A stretch of 64,000 nt of DNA, taken from an uncultured Nitrososphaerales archaeon. GTDB taxonomy: Archaea; Thermoproteota; Nitrososphaeria; Conexivisphaerales; UBA164. The notes under the pieces were generated by a model. It was not told where the DNA came from, did no database searches, and was given only the letters and a program-made list of their open reading frames with translations. The stretch covers positions 668-64,667 of the forward strand of contig CAYFFZ010000001.1 in NCBI GenBank assembly GCA_964342655.1. Reading direction: 5' to 3'. Shown piece by piece: positions 28,285-37,902 of the stretch (its first letter is position 1; each line of letters starts with the position of its first letter). The translations under genes and the position numbers were made by a program.

Positions 28285-29301
28285 TTAAATGTTTATCTCA
28301 TCCAAGATGTTCGATACTTCATCTTTTGTTAAGTTAAGCTTATGTAATATCGTATACCTTTCTGGTCTCAAAGAAGGAGCCAAAGTAACTGCTTCTAAAA
28401 CTTCTTCTCTCTTTATTCCGATCTGTAAGAATGACACTGGTAGACCGACTTCCTGCATTTTAGCTTTTATCTTCTTCCAGTTCATTCCATAAAGGTAAGC
28501 TACGAGCACAGTACTTAAAGCGACCTTTTCACCGTGTGTACCTTTTTCTGGCGCTATAATATCTAAAGCGTGGGATATCAGATGTTCACTTCCGCTTAGC
28601 GGTCTACTGCTGCCTGCTATGCCTCCTGCAACCCCCGCGCTTATGAGAGCTTCCATGAGGTTTCTTACAGAAGAATATTTTAGATCCTCAATCCCCTTAG
28701 TGCTGATCATGGCGTGTTTGGCGCTTTCGTAGGCCAGCTTGGAAGCGTATTCCCCGAAATATTCTCCTTTTTCAATCCATGCAAGTTTCCAATCCCTTGT
28801 GGAAGTGAATTTTCCCAATAGATCCCCCAAACCGCTCAGTATATACCTTTTCGGAGCTTTCATTATTACAGAAAGGTCTACAATTACTCCGCGAGGCGGT
28901 TTTACCTTGAGCGAGTATGGATGTTTTCCTCCCTTTAATGAAGAGAACGGACTGGCTATTCCGTCGTTTGATGCCGACGTAGGAATGCTTATGACCTGAA
29001 TGCCAGCCTTATAGCCCAGGTATTTTGCAACGTCTAGAACCTTTCCTCCACCGAAACCAATAACGGCCTCAGAGTTAGCGTCGAACTTTTCCCTGTAAAT
29101 CCTTTCTGCTTCTTCATACGTTGAAGATTCAACTATTGCTTTTTTATAATCAAAACCGCTTAAGGCCGAACTTATTTTTGTTTCAAATATATTGCTTACG
29201 TTTGGCCCAGTTAGCAGAAATGCCCTTTTTTTGATAAACAAAGAAAGGTTTTCTTTATTAAAGGTTTCGTCGCCTATTATTACTGCTTCTGGAAGTTCCA
29301 T
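28285..29301 (-). CDS. egsA: sn-glycerol-1-phosphate dehydrogenase
   Basis: 338 aa. Iron-ADH fold with GFGGGKVLDVAKY, SNDGIASP and SGSEHLISHALD. Confidence 0.85.
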   Translation of the reverse strand: MELPEAVIIGDETFNKENLSLFIKKRAFLLTGPNVSNIFETKISSALSGFDYKKAIVESSTYEEAERIYREKFDANSEAVIGFGGGKVLDVAKYLGYKAGIQVISIPTSASNDGIASPFSSLKGGKHPYSLKVKPPRGVIVDLSVIMKAPKRYILSGLGDLLGKFTSTRDWKLAWIEKGEYFGEYASKLAYESAKHAMISTKGIEDLKYSSVRNLMEALISAGVAGGIAGSSRPLSGSEHLISHALDIIAPEKGTHGEKVALSTVLVAYLYGMNWKKIKAKMQEVGLPVSFLQIGIKREEVLEAVTLAPSLRPERYTILHKLNLTKDEVSNILDEINI

Positions 29302-29315
29302 TATGTGGCTTAACT

Positions 29316-30587
29316 TTACTCGCCCCTGTTAGATATAAATTCTTCTACCTTAATCAAGCTTTGTTCGTACAGATCGTTGAAAACTAACTTCCCGTCTTTT
29401 TTCAAATAAACCCCGTCAGAAATAACATCTTTTATTATCTCTGGATTGCCCTGATAGCCTAGAGCAGATATCATGTCCCACGAAGGGTATATTTTTCTTA
29501 GGTCAAATGTTATAAAATCTGCATTATAGCCAGGTTTTATCGTACCGGAGCTTATCCCTAGAGCCCTATTGCCGTTTAATGACGCCATCTGCATTGCGTC
29601 TTTTACTGAAATGCCAAGGCTTGTTGTTGAAGCCCTTGACAACAAAGTTGCAAGCCTTATCTCGTTAAATATGTTTAAAGTTTCTGAACTTCCTGGCCCA
29701 TCTGTGCCGATGGATACCTGTATACCTTTATTCTTCATTGTGTTTATTTTTGCTATGCCGCTTCCTAACCTCGAGTTCGAAAACGGACAATGAGAAACGA
29801 ATATGTTGTCTCTTACAAGTTTGTTGAGTCCGTCAGGATCTAAATGAACGGCATGAGCCAGTATGAGCCATTTATCCAAAGCACCAAGCTTTTCTAGAAT
29901 TTGTATTGGGTCATCTTTATTATAAGCTTTTTTTATTTCCTCGATCTCTTCTTTGTTCTCAGCAAAATGCATCTGGTATTTGAAGCCTTCTAAGCTGAAA
30001 AGCTGCTTTAGCAATTCTTCGCTCACTGCATAAAGAGAGTGTGGCGAAATGAAGATTTCAAATCCTTCGCTCGTAAGTTCGTTTGATATGCTTTTTATGT
30101 TTCTGAGTCTTTTCCAACTTTCCTCTTCCATGTAAGGAACTTTGTCCATAAAAGCCAGCCCGAGCTTTACCTTAATAGGCAAGCCTATTGCTTTAACCGC
30201 CCTGACCATCGGTTGTATGTCATAAAAATCAAGCACAGCTGTGACGCCAGAACTAATCAGCTCGCCAATGCCCAGTATGTCAGCATAGTACAAAAGTTCA
30301 TAATTTAATTTTGATTCTATCTGCCAAACTTCACGCAACCAATCATAAAGAGCTTTGCTTTCTCCTATGCCCCTAAGCGTAACCATTCCTACGTGCGCAT
30401 GAGTGTCAGCAAAAGAAGGAGCTATAACGACGTTACCAAGGTCATTAATTTCATCTGCTTCCTTCTTTAATTCATCAGTTTTTCCAACTTTAACTATTTT
30501 TTTATCCTCAACAAGAACCGAAAAATCATTAAAAGGTTTGTTTAAATAATCTGTTAATAAGTATCTACCTTTAAAGAGCTTTTTCAT
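29316..30587 (-). CDS. mtaD: amidohydrolase, 5'-methylthioadenosine/S-adenosylhomocysteine deaminase-like
   Basis: 423 aa. FADTHAHVGMVTLRG, HFAEN and SIGTDG metal-ligand motifs. Confidence 0.75.
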   Translation of the reverse strand: MKKLFKGRYLLTDYLNKPFNDFSVLVEDKKIVKVGKTDELKKEADEINDLGNVVIAPSFADTHAHVGMVTLRGIGESKALYDWLREVWQIESKLNYELLYYADILGIGELISSGVTAVLDFYDIQPMVRAVKAIGLPIKVKLGLAFMDKVPYMEEESWKRLRNIKSISNELTSEGFEIFISPHSLYAVSEELLKQLFSLEGFKYQMHFAENKEEIEEIKKAYNKDDPIQILEKLGALDKWLILAHAVHLDPDGLNKLVRDNIFVSHCPFSNSRLGSGIAKINTMKNKGIQVSIGTDGPGSSETLNIFNEIRLATLLSRASTTSLGISVKDAMQMASLNGNRALGISSGTIKPGYNADFITFDLRKIYPSWDMISALGYQGNPEIIKDVISDGVYLKKDGKLVFNDLYEQSLIKVEEFISNRGE

Positions 30588-31258
30588 TGTTTCTTAGAGT
30601 ATATTTCTGCAAACTCTACTTGGTTTATTTCCGGAATTATATCCAGAATGTCGCTGGCAATTGCTCTTTTTATGTATTGCAACCCATCTGTAAGGAAATA
30701 TTGCTCTGGAATTTCAATCCTTACTCTGTTTTGATCTACTTTATATGTTGGGTTCTGAATATCTATTCTCCTGCGTATGAGCCTTTCTATTTTCTCATTG
30801 AGATCTGTTATCTCTTTAACTATCTCTATTTCATATACGAGCGTTTTACCGGCCAGCTTATCATTAAAATCAACTTGAACCCTGCCGCTGTTGATCGATA
30901 TAACTGTTCCTATCTGCCCGTTATATTCAATTTCATCTCCAACCTTAACGTCTTTTGCTCTATCTCCGAATTTTCTCAGCGGTATAACCTTTATCTTCGA
31001 GGGATCGCGGTTGCCAAAAGCCTTTTCTGGAGGGACTTCTATCGTGACTTTATCGCCTACATTAAGTTTCTGAATTTCTTCGTCAAGCGCTTTAAGTATC
31101 CAACCCTTTCCAACCGCAATTAGCTTTGGTTCATACTTTGTTCCTTCTTTGTAAATTTTGTTTGCCTTGGCTACTTCCTCTATAGTAGTTTCTATGACTT
31201 CTCCTGTTTCCTTTACCTTTGTCGTGTAATTTATTAATATTAGTGAGTTTTGGTTCAA
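30584..31258 (-). CDS. FKBP-type peptidyl-prolyl cis-trans isomerase (long archaeal type)
   Basis: 224 aa. GKGWILKALDEEIQKLNVGDKVTIEVPPEKAFGNRDP and an IF-domain-like insert. Confidence 0.85.
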   Translation of the reverse strand: MNQNSLILINYTTKVKETGEVIETTIEEVAKANKIYKEGTKYEPKLIAVGKGWILKALDEEIQKLNVGDKVTIEVPPEKAFGNRDPSKIKVIPLRKFGDRAKDVKVGDEIEYNGQIGTVISINSGRVQVDFNDKLAGKTLVYEIEIVKEITDLNEKIERLIRRRIDIQNPTYKVDQNRVRIEIPEQYFLTDGLQYIKRAIASDILDIIPEINQVEFAEIYSKKQ

Positions 31259-32424
31259 ATGCTATCTAACCCCTTTAACTTTTCCTCTGCCACCTCTATA
31301 GCTTTTTCAACATTAACATTTATGCCTTGCGCTATCATTGAATAGCCAACCGCAAGTATGGTCGGCAATATTTTTGAGCGCTCAATGATTCCCATGTTAC
31401 CTATCCTGAATATTTTTCCTTTAAGTTCACCGAAGCCACCAGTTATAACTATGTTGTAACTGTTTTCTAGATACTTCCTGAATTTTATATCATCGACACC
31501 TGGTGGGTACTTTATTGAAATTACTACGTTTGACCTGAACCTTTCTTCGACAAACGGTTGAAGTCCCATAGCTTCAAAGGCCTTGTAATAGGCATCTGCG
31601 CCTATCTTGTGTTTTTTAATCATTTTATCCAAACCTTGCGCTGAAATCTTCTGTAAGGCGGTCTCGAGCGCGTAGAAAATTGGAAGCGCAGGTGTAAACG
31701 GTGTCTCGAACTTAGCCAGGAAATCTACATAAGATGCATAGTTAAAGTAAGTTGTTAAAGGAGGATCTTTTCTTACATAGTTAACAACATCGTCACTAAC
31801 ACCTACCAGAGCAAGTCCTGGAGGCGTAAATAGACACTTTTGGCTGCCTGCTATCACAACATCAGCATGCCATTCGTCCATAGGTAAGATGTCTCCACCA
31901 AACACCGATATAGCATCTATAACGTAAAACATTCCATATTTTTCGGCTATGTCGCCTATCTCTTTCGCGTATCTGTATGTTGTTCCTGGTGAGGTGTCAT
32001 TGTAAACTAAAAATATTCCTTTGGCATCTTTGTTTTCAGAAACGGCCTTTTCTATCTGTTCAACTGAAGGCGCAGTTCCAAAAGGTGCATTAACTCTGAC
32101 GACCTTGCCACGGGCCGCTTCTATTTGCTGTGCGAGCCTGCCGCTGAACTCCCCAAATACGGGCACTATAGCTTTATCTCCTGGTCTTATTATGTTCATT
32201 ACAGCAGATTCTGCTCCACCTGTGCCAGATGACGATAAAACTATAACATTGTATTTTGTCTGAAAGATCTGTTTGCTTATCGTTTCTATGTTTGCCATAA
32301 GCTGATGGAATTCCTCCCCTCTATGATTAATTACGGGCTTACTCATTGACATAAGAACATCGTCTGGAACATCTACAGGACCTGGTAGCATTATAGATTT
32401 CCTTTTAATTTCCAATTCACTCAC
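31255..32424 (-). CDS. class V aminotransferase (serine/alanine-glyoxylate type)
   Basis: 389 aa. SSSGTGGAESAV and the PLP lysine in AGSQKCL. Confidence 0.8.
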   Translation of the reverse strand: MSELEIKRKSIMLPGPVDVPDDVLMSMSKPVINHRGEEFHQLMANIETISKQIFQTKYNVIVLSSSGTGGAESAVMNIIRPGDKAIVPVFGEFSGRLAQQIEAARGKVVRVNAPFGTAPSVEQIEKAVSENKDAKGIFLVYNDTSPGTTYRYAKEIGDIAEKYGMFYVIDAISVFGGDILPMDEWHADVVIAGSQKCLFTPPGLALVGVSDDVVNYVRKDPPLTTYFNYASYVDFLAKFETPFTPALPIFYALETALQKISAQGLDKMIKKHKIGADAYYKAFEAMGLQPFVEERFRSNVVISIKYPPGVDDIKFRKYLENSYNIVITGGFGELKGKIFRIGNMGIIERSKILPTILAVGYSMIAQGINVNVEKAIEVAEEKLKGLDSI

Positions 32425-32573
32425 CTTGTCTTAACCTTAAAATTATTCGTTAATAAACGTTTAACTTTTATTCAAGAATGAATATCTTGAAAACGATGCA
32501 GCTATAATTATCTTTATTAAATTTGTTAAATTTTCATATTAATTAATGAAAAAATCTTAAAGGTGTTGTGTTT

Positions 32574-33008
32574 TTAGATGGTGAACTCTAGCTGCAGTAC
32601 TTCAAGTTTCTTACCGCTTTCATGGGGATATATAACTGTAGCGTTGTAGCTATCTCCAAATATTATAACTATAAGATCCTGGTCGCGATATACTTCAGCC
32701 TGAAAGCCTGCTACAAAGAGAGTGCCGAGAGAATTTATTCTGTTTATTACATCCCTAAGCAAATCAGAAAAACCATTTTCTAGTAATTTTTGGCAGTTCA
32801 GAGCGCCGTGGTCTTCGTGAACGTCGGCTTCAAATTCACAAAGATCTGAGGCGCTTTCCGAAGCGTTTTTAAGCTCTTTTTGAAGGTCTAAATTGTCCTG
32901 AGTTGGAACGACTTCAACGGATAGCAACACGCTAGTATTGCCGTTTTCTTTCATCCTAGATATTTCCTTATCCAGCTTTTCCCAACCAGATGATGCCACT
33001 TTGAACAT
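32574..33008 (-). CDS. hypothetical acidic protein
   Basis: 144-aa ORF flanked by AT-rich spacers. No recognised motif. Confidence 0.4.
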   Translation of the reverse strand: MFKVASSGWEKLDKEISRMKENGNTSVLLSVEVVPTQDNLDLQKELKNASESASDLCEFEADVHEDHGALNCQKLLENGFSDLLRDVINRINSLGTLFVAGFQAEVYRDQDLIVIIFGDSYNATVIYPHESGKKLEVLQLEFTI

Positions 33009-33244
33009 TTGTTTCCCTCATGCTTAAGTGCAAGTGCTTGTTATTAACCTTTTTAAATTTATTTTGTTAACGATAAGAAAAATGGTAAAGTCATTAAACG
33101 TTACGCTCAAGAATTATAAACCTCATTTATATAAAACGAAAGCTTCATTTTTTCATAGTGAAAAGAAGGTTAATATATGTTTTTGGGGAAAGATTAAATA
33201 ATAAGCCAGTCAATGTTTTCAAAAAGTTAAAAACTGAAGGCAAA

Positions 33245-34492
33245 ATGCAGATAAAAGTGTTAGGTGCCGGAGGAAACATAGGTAATTCCGGCATTTTGAT
33301 AAAAGATGACTCAACTAGTTTACTCTTAGATTACGGATTAAATCCAGGTAAAAATATAGTACATCCATTACATGTGAGACCTAAAGACGTTACCGCACTT
33401 ATTACAACTCACGCACACCTTGATCATATAGGTTATGAACCATACCTTTATATAGACGGAAACATACCTCATTATGCTACTAAAGTCACAATAGAGCTTA
33501 CCGAACTTCTCTTATACGATCTTCTAAATATTTCAGGCGATAAACTTCCGTTTACACAACAAGAAGTAAAGAAACTCGTAAGGATGAGTAAAGCGATAAA
33601 TTACAATGAGACGTTTAACATAAACAATTTGGAATTAGAATTTCTGAATGCCGGACATATTCCAGGCAGCTCTATGGTTTATATAAAGGGAAACAAAAAA
33701 GTTCTCTATACAGGAGATGTTAATCATATACAAACAAAGCTTTTAGAACCGGCTTCTTATGATCTACCAGAAGTAGATTATTTTGTGTCTGAATGCACAT
33801 ACGCCATGCAGGATCATCCTGAAAGAGACCAAGAAGAAAAAAGGCTCATAGAATTTTCAAACGAAATAATAGAAAACGGCGGAACTGTTCTGATTCCGGC
33901 CTTTGCTGTAGGAAGAGCCCAAGAGCTAGCTGAAATATTCTATTCTTATGGGTTTAAACACGAAGTCTATATGGACGGAATGGCGCTCACAGTAAACGAC
34001 ATACTCTTAAACAACCCACAATTTTTAAGAGATCCAGAATTTTTAAGGAAGGCTCTCGGTAGAATAAATTATGTAAACGGCTGGGAAGACAGAAGAAAAA
34101 TAGTAAAGGAACCGGCCGCAATAATTTCGCCCGCAGGAATGCTCATGGGTGGAGCGTCTGTATTTTATAGCAAAAAGATTTCTAAAAATCCGAATAACGG
34201 CATAGCAATTGTAGCTTATCAGGTTGAAGGAACACCTGGCAGATCATTGGTTGAAGATGGCACTTTAAATTTCAACGGAAACCATTACAGCGTTAATGCG
34301 AAAGTGAGCAAGTTCGACCTTTCTAGTCATTCAGGTAGATCGCAACTGCTGAATATGTTCAAGTCCTTAAAAGGTTCTCCAAAAATAATCCTCGTGCATG
34401 GCGAACAGGAAAGCTGTGAGGCTTTTGCGTTAGAGCTAAATAGTATGGGGCTAAACGCTACATGTGCAAGGACGGGTGAAATAATTGAGTGA
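33245..34492 (+). CDS. beta-CASP metallo-beta-lactamase ribonuclease (aCPSF2 / aRNase J-like)
   Basis: MBL motif THAHLDHIG and beta-CASP motifs (ECTY, SSHSG, VHGE). I prefer the ATG at 33245 (MQIKVLGAGG) over the GTG at 33158 given by the track. Confidence 0.8.
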   Translation: MQIKVLGAGGNIGNSGILIKDDSTSLLLDYGLNPGKNIVHPLHVRPKDVTALITTHAHLDHIGYEPYLYIDGNIPHYATKVTIELTELLLYDLLNISGDKLPFTQQEVKKLVRMSKAINYNETFNINNLELEFLNAGHIPGSSMVYIKGNKKVLYTGDVNHIQTKLLEPASYDLPEVDYFVSECTYAMQDHPERDQEEKRLIEFSNEIIENGGTVLIPAFAVGRAQELAEIFYSYGFKHEVYMDGMALTVNDILLNNPQFLRDPEFLRKALGRINYVNGWEDRRKIVKEPAAIISPAGMLMGGASVFYSKKISKNPNNGIAIVAYQVEGTPGRSLVEDGTLNFNGNHYSVNAKVSKFDLSSHSGRSQLLNMFKSLKGSPKIILVHGEQESCEAFALELNSMGLNATCARTGEIIE

Positions 34493-35012
34493 AAAAAAGA
34501 TCAATAAACTTGAAATTGACCTTTATTTTCTGAACGGATATGTTACAAGATACATCGACAGTTACAGAATTGCGGCATCTCTATATAATATGACCATAAA
34601 AGAACACAACGACGTTGACCTTAAGGCGGATTTTAAACAGTTTGACGGAAATTATATATTAAAACAATTAAAAGAAATAGTTCCTAAGAATCATCATTAC
34701 GTATTTATAGTTTCAGGTTTACCGATGGTTGATTCCTCGGGATCAAGGATTTTTGGAATAGTAGATCCTAAAGAAAGGGTCGCTGTGCTAAGCGAAGATA
34801 AGCTAGTTTCAGACCCAAAGCTTGCCAAAGAAAGAATAATGAAAGAAGCGGCGCACCTTATAGGCCACTTCTGGGGTCTTGGCCACTGTTTTAATCAGAC
34901 GTGTATTATGAGCTATGCAAAATCATTAAAGGATGTGGATAATAAATTGCCGATGCTTTGCAAGTCCTGCCAAGAAGACTTTAAGAAAGCTTATAATGAA
35001 ATGATTAAATGA
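34485..35012 (+). CDS. amzA: archaemetzincin-like protein (HLxxH variant)
   Basis: 175 aa. HLIGHFWGLGHCFNQTCIMS...CKSC matches HExxHxxGxxxCxxxxCxM..CxxC, except that Glu is replaced by Leu (CTT at 34857-34859). 8-nt overlap with the upstream RNase gene. Confidence 0.7.
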   Translation: MSEKKINKLEIDLYFLNGYVTRYIDSYRIAASLYNMTIKEHNDVDLKADFKQFDGNYILKQLKEIVPKNHHYVFIVSGLPMVDSSGSRIFGIVDPKERVAVLSEDKLVSDPKLAKERIMKEAAHLIGHFWGLGHCFNQTCIMSYAKSLKDVDNKLPMLCKSCQEDFKKAYNEMIK

Positions 35013-35069
35013 TTCTTTAAAAGAATTAATGGTATTGTTTTTATATTACTAGTAGGAATATCTATAAAA

Positions 35070-36212
35070 TTGAAGGAAGAAACAGAAGCGATTCATGGGC
35101 ATGATTATCATGATGAGTTTGGCTCAAGAATACCCGCGGTTCATCTATCAGCTATGTTTGAACAAAGGGGAGAAGCTAACAAAAGCGATAGAAAAGTAGA
35201 TCTTAAATACTCACGGGAAGAAAATCCGACAGTTCGATATCTTGAAAAGGCTATTTCGAAATTAGAGAAATCAGATGACTCGCTTGCTTTTTCAAGCGGA
35301 ATGGCTGCCATAGCCTCTTTGTATTTAAATTCTCTCTCTTCAGGAGATGAGGCTATTGTTACGTGTGAAGCTTATGGTACTACTGTAAAGCTTTTGGAAT
35401 ATCTTTCAAAGTTTGGCGTTAAGGCTAAAATCGTTTTACCGTCTGCCGACGAGATCGCATCCGCTGTAACAAAAAATACAAAATTAGTTTTTGTTGAATC
35501 AATGACAAATCCGACGCTCAAAGTCATAGATTTAGATCATGTGAAGGATTCAATAAAAGGCAAAGCAGAATTTGTGGTAGATAATACGTTTCTGAGTCCG
35601 GTTCTCTTCAAGCCTATAGAAAGAGGTGCCGATGTTGTAATAGAGAGCCTTACAAAATATATATCAGGACATAATGACGTTATAGGCGGGATAATTGCAG
35701 GCAAGAAAGAAAAAATCCTACAACTTTGGGAAACTAGAAGAATGATAGGATCTATTCTAAGTCCATTTAACGCTTATCTAACTTTGAGGGGACTTAAGAC
35801 GCTTTATGCCAGAATGAGAATCCAGCAAGAGAACTCTCTTAAAATAGCCAAATACCTTTTGGACAACCCAAAAATTGAAGAAGTAATGTATCCTTGTCTG
35901 GAATCAGATCCGTATTATGATCTTGCGAAGAAATATTTTAATGGATGTGGGGGCGTTATCAGCTTTAAAGTAAAAGGCGGAAAGGAAGAAGCGATCACAG
36001 TATTAAAAAATCTGAAGCTGATAATTCCTTCTCCAAGTTTAGGAGGAACGGAATCAATAATGACTTATCCTGTTCTATCTGCATCCTCTTCTCTTAATGA
36101 AGATTGCAAGAAAAGGCTTGGCATAACAGAAAACCTCCTGAGGCTTTCAGTTGGTTTAGAAAACCCTGAAGACATAATAAGCGATCTTGAGAGCGCGTTA
36201 AGTTTTATATAG
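35070..36212 (+). CDS. Cys/Met-metabolism PLP enzyme (cystathionine gamma-synthase/beta-lyase family)
   Basis: 380 aa with a TTG start. PLP-lysine motif ESLTKYISGHNDVIGG. Confidence 0.8.
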   Translation: MKEETEAIHGHDYHDEFGSRIPAVHLSAMFEQRGEANKSDRKVDLKYSREENPTVRYLEKAISKLEKSDDSLAFSSGMAAIASLYLNSLSSGDEAIVTCEAYGTTVKLLEYLSKFGVKAKIVLPSADEIASAVTKNTKLVFVESMTNPTLKVIDLDHVKDSIKGKAEFVVDNTFLSPVLFKPIERGADVVIESLTKYISGHNDVIGGIIAGKKEKILQLWETRRMIGSILSPFNAYLTLRGLKTLYARMRIQQENSLKIAKYLLDNPKIEEVMYPCLESDPYYDLAKKYFNGCGGVISFKVKGGKEEAITVLKNLKLIIPSPSLGGTESIMTYPVLSASSSLNEDCKKRLGITENLLRLSVGLENPEDIISDLESALSFI

Positions 36213-36213
36213 A

Positions 36214-37902
36214 TTATTTAGATGTGTATATTGCCTTTAACGTGTCATTTTCTATGGATTCTATCCTACAGAAGAACTTCCTTTCTAGCTGAACGACTTT
36301 GTCTATTTCTTCTTTAAGACCCGTCTCAGCTAATCCATGCAACTCGCTACCATCCTCAATTAAAACGTTTATTTTTAGCGTTGTATCTGACGGCAACCAG
36401 TGCAAATGTGGAAATTCTTTTGCCTTTACAAGATCGTTGTCAGTGAACTCCGCATAGTCTTTTTTTAGAATGAAGTTTCCTAGACCCATAAACCTTATAT
36501 TTTTTCCAAGATTTGCTTCATAGTCGTTTTTTTCAAGAAATATTTCCGCTCTACTGAGCTTTATCTCCCTTATTTCGTTTTTTCTGTTAGGATGCTTGTA
36601 AAGCTGAACGGTTTTCGGCACTTCAACATTTTTCAGGACCATTTTAATGTACGGCTCAAACACAGCAAAGTATCTGTTCGCTATAGGATCTATCAGCTTC
36701 CTGTTTATCGCATAAAGGTTCTCCATGCTTATTATAGCGTCATTTGTGTTTATCCCCATTGAAAGCACAAGCTGCTTAATGGCTTCTGGCATTATCCCCC
36801 TTCTTTTTAAAGCCTTTAGAGTAGCTAGCTTTATATCATCATAACCGCTGTATATGCCGGTTCTGATACCTTTTTCTATTTCAGATTTGCTTAGCGGTTT
36901 ACCTTCTATCATGAGCCTCCCGTAGTGTACAGCATATGGATATTTCCATCCGAAGGCGGAATAAAGATATTTTTGCCTGACCATGTTCACAAAATGTTCT
37001 TGCCCTCTGAATATGTGAGTTATGCCCATCAGATGATCATCTATCGCGGAGGCCCAGTTGTAAAGAGGCCATACCCTATATTTGTTTCCTACTATCGGAT
37101 GTGCGTATTTTTCCGTATCTATAATTCTTAGAGCTGGCCAATCCCTTACCGCTGGGTTAGGATGCGATAGGTCTGTTTTTACCCTTACAACGGCTTCTCC
37201 TTCTTTATACCCGCCTGATAGCATCTTTTCCCACCTCTTTATCTGCTCTTCCACTGAGAGTTCTCTGTCCGGACAGGGTTTCTGCTGCATTACAAATTCT
37301 TTGAATTTCTGCCTGTCGCACTCAGTTATATAAACAGCTCCTATTTTGATTGCCTTTTCAACGTAATCATAATAAATAGGCAGTCTTTGGCTCTGGTAGT
37401 ATTCTTCATCCCATTTTATCCCTAACCATTGAAGATCTTCTTCTATATATCTGTAGTATTTTAAATCTGATCGTTTTAACCTTGGATCGGTGTCTTCAAA
37501 TCTTAAGATGAATTTCCCCTTATAGAGTTTTGAATACTCGTAAGACAAGATAGCCGCTCTTGAAGAACCCAGATGAAGAACGCTGTTCGGGTTTGGTGCA
37601 AAACGTGTTACCACTTTACCCGTTTCTGCTCCTTCAAGGGGTGGCAGTTTGACTTCCTGCTTCTTTTTCTCCTCAAACTCTCCAGCCAGCTCTTTCTGTT
37701 TTTCAGGAGCCAGGCTCGTTACATAATCACAAACCTCTTTAACTAAGGGCAATATTTCCTTTAATTTTGGTTTTAAATCTGGCCTCTCAGATACTATTTT
37801 TCCTATGACGGCTACTTGATCGGCTTTGCCTCCGTGTTTTGCCGCATTCTGCGCCGCATACTTGATTATTAAGGACCTTAGCTCATCATCGCTGGCGCTC
37901 AA
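36214..37902 (-). CDS. gltX: glutamyl-tRNA synthetase (archaeal type)
   Basis: 562 aa. RFAPNPNSVLHLGSSRAA (HIGH-type), FEDTDP, and the GatB/YqeY-like N-terminal module typical of archaeal GluRS. Confidence 0.9.
   Translation of the reverse strand: MSASDDELRSLIIKYAAQNAAKHGGKADQVAVIGKIVSERPDLKPKLKEILPLVKEVCDYVTSLAPEKQKELAGEFEEKKKQEVKLPPLEGAETGKVVTRFAPNPNSVLHLGSSRAAILSYEYSKLYKGKFILRFEDTDPRLKRSDLKYYRYIEEDLQWLGIKWDEEYYQSQRLPIYYDYVEKAIKIGAVYITECDRQKFKEFVMQQKPCPDRELSVEEQIKRWEKMLSGGYKEGEAVVRVKTDLSHPNPAVRDWPALRIIDTEKYAHPIVGNKYRVWPLYNWASAIDDHLMGITHIFRGQEHFVNMVRQKYLYSAFGWKYPYAVHYGRLMIEGKPLSKSEIEKGIRTGIYSGYDDIKLATLKALKRRGIMPEAIKQLVLSMGINTNDAIISMENLYAINRKLIDPIANRYFAVFEPYIKMVLKNVEVPKTVQLYKHPNRKNEIREIKLSRAEIFLEKNDYEANLGKNIRFMGLGNFILKKDYAEFTDNDLVKAKEFPHLHWLPSDTTLKINVLIEDGSELHGLAETGLKEEIDKVVQLERKFFCRIESIENDTLKAIYTSK

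Noticed and set aside
30587-31123. 178-aa ORF on the plus strand, antisense to the FKBP gene. Similar long antisense ORFs occur at 61614-62207, 14285-14764, 7048-7446, 3473-3829, 2783-3082, 10512-10832 and 13630-13965.
   Set aside because: Each lies opposite a gene with clear family motifs. Their products are low-complexity and rich in Ser, Leu, Phe and Ile, as expected for stop-poor reverse frames in AT-rich coding DNA.
33158-33244. 29-codon N-terminal extension of the beta-CASP RNase from a GTG start. Similar extensions occur for OTCase (60686-60775) and uS2 (43339-43356).
   Set aside because: The extensions lack similarity to the family N-termini. Internal ATGs give canonical N-termini, and for uS2 the ATG forms a TAATG stop/start overlap.
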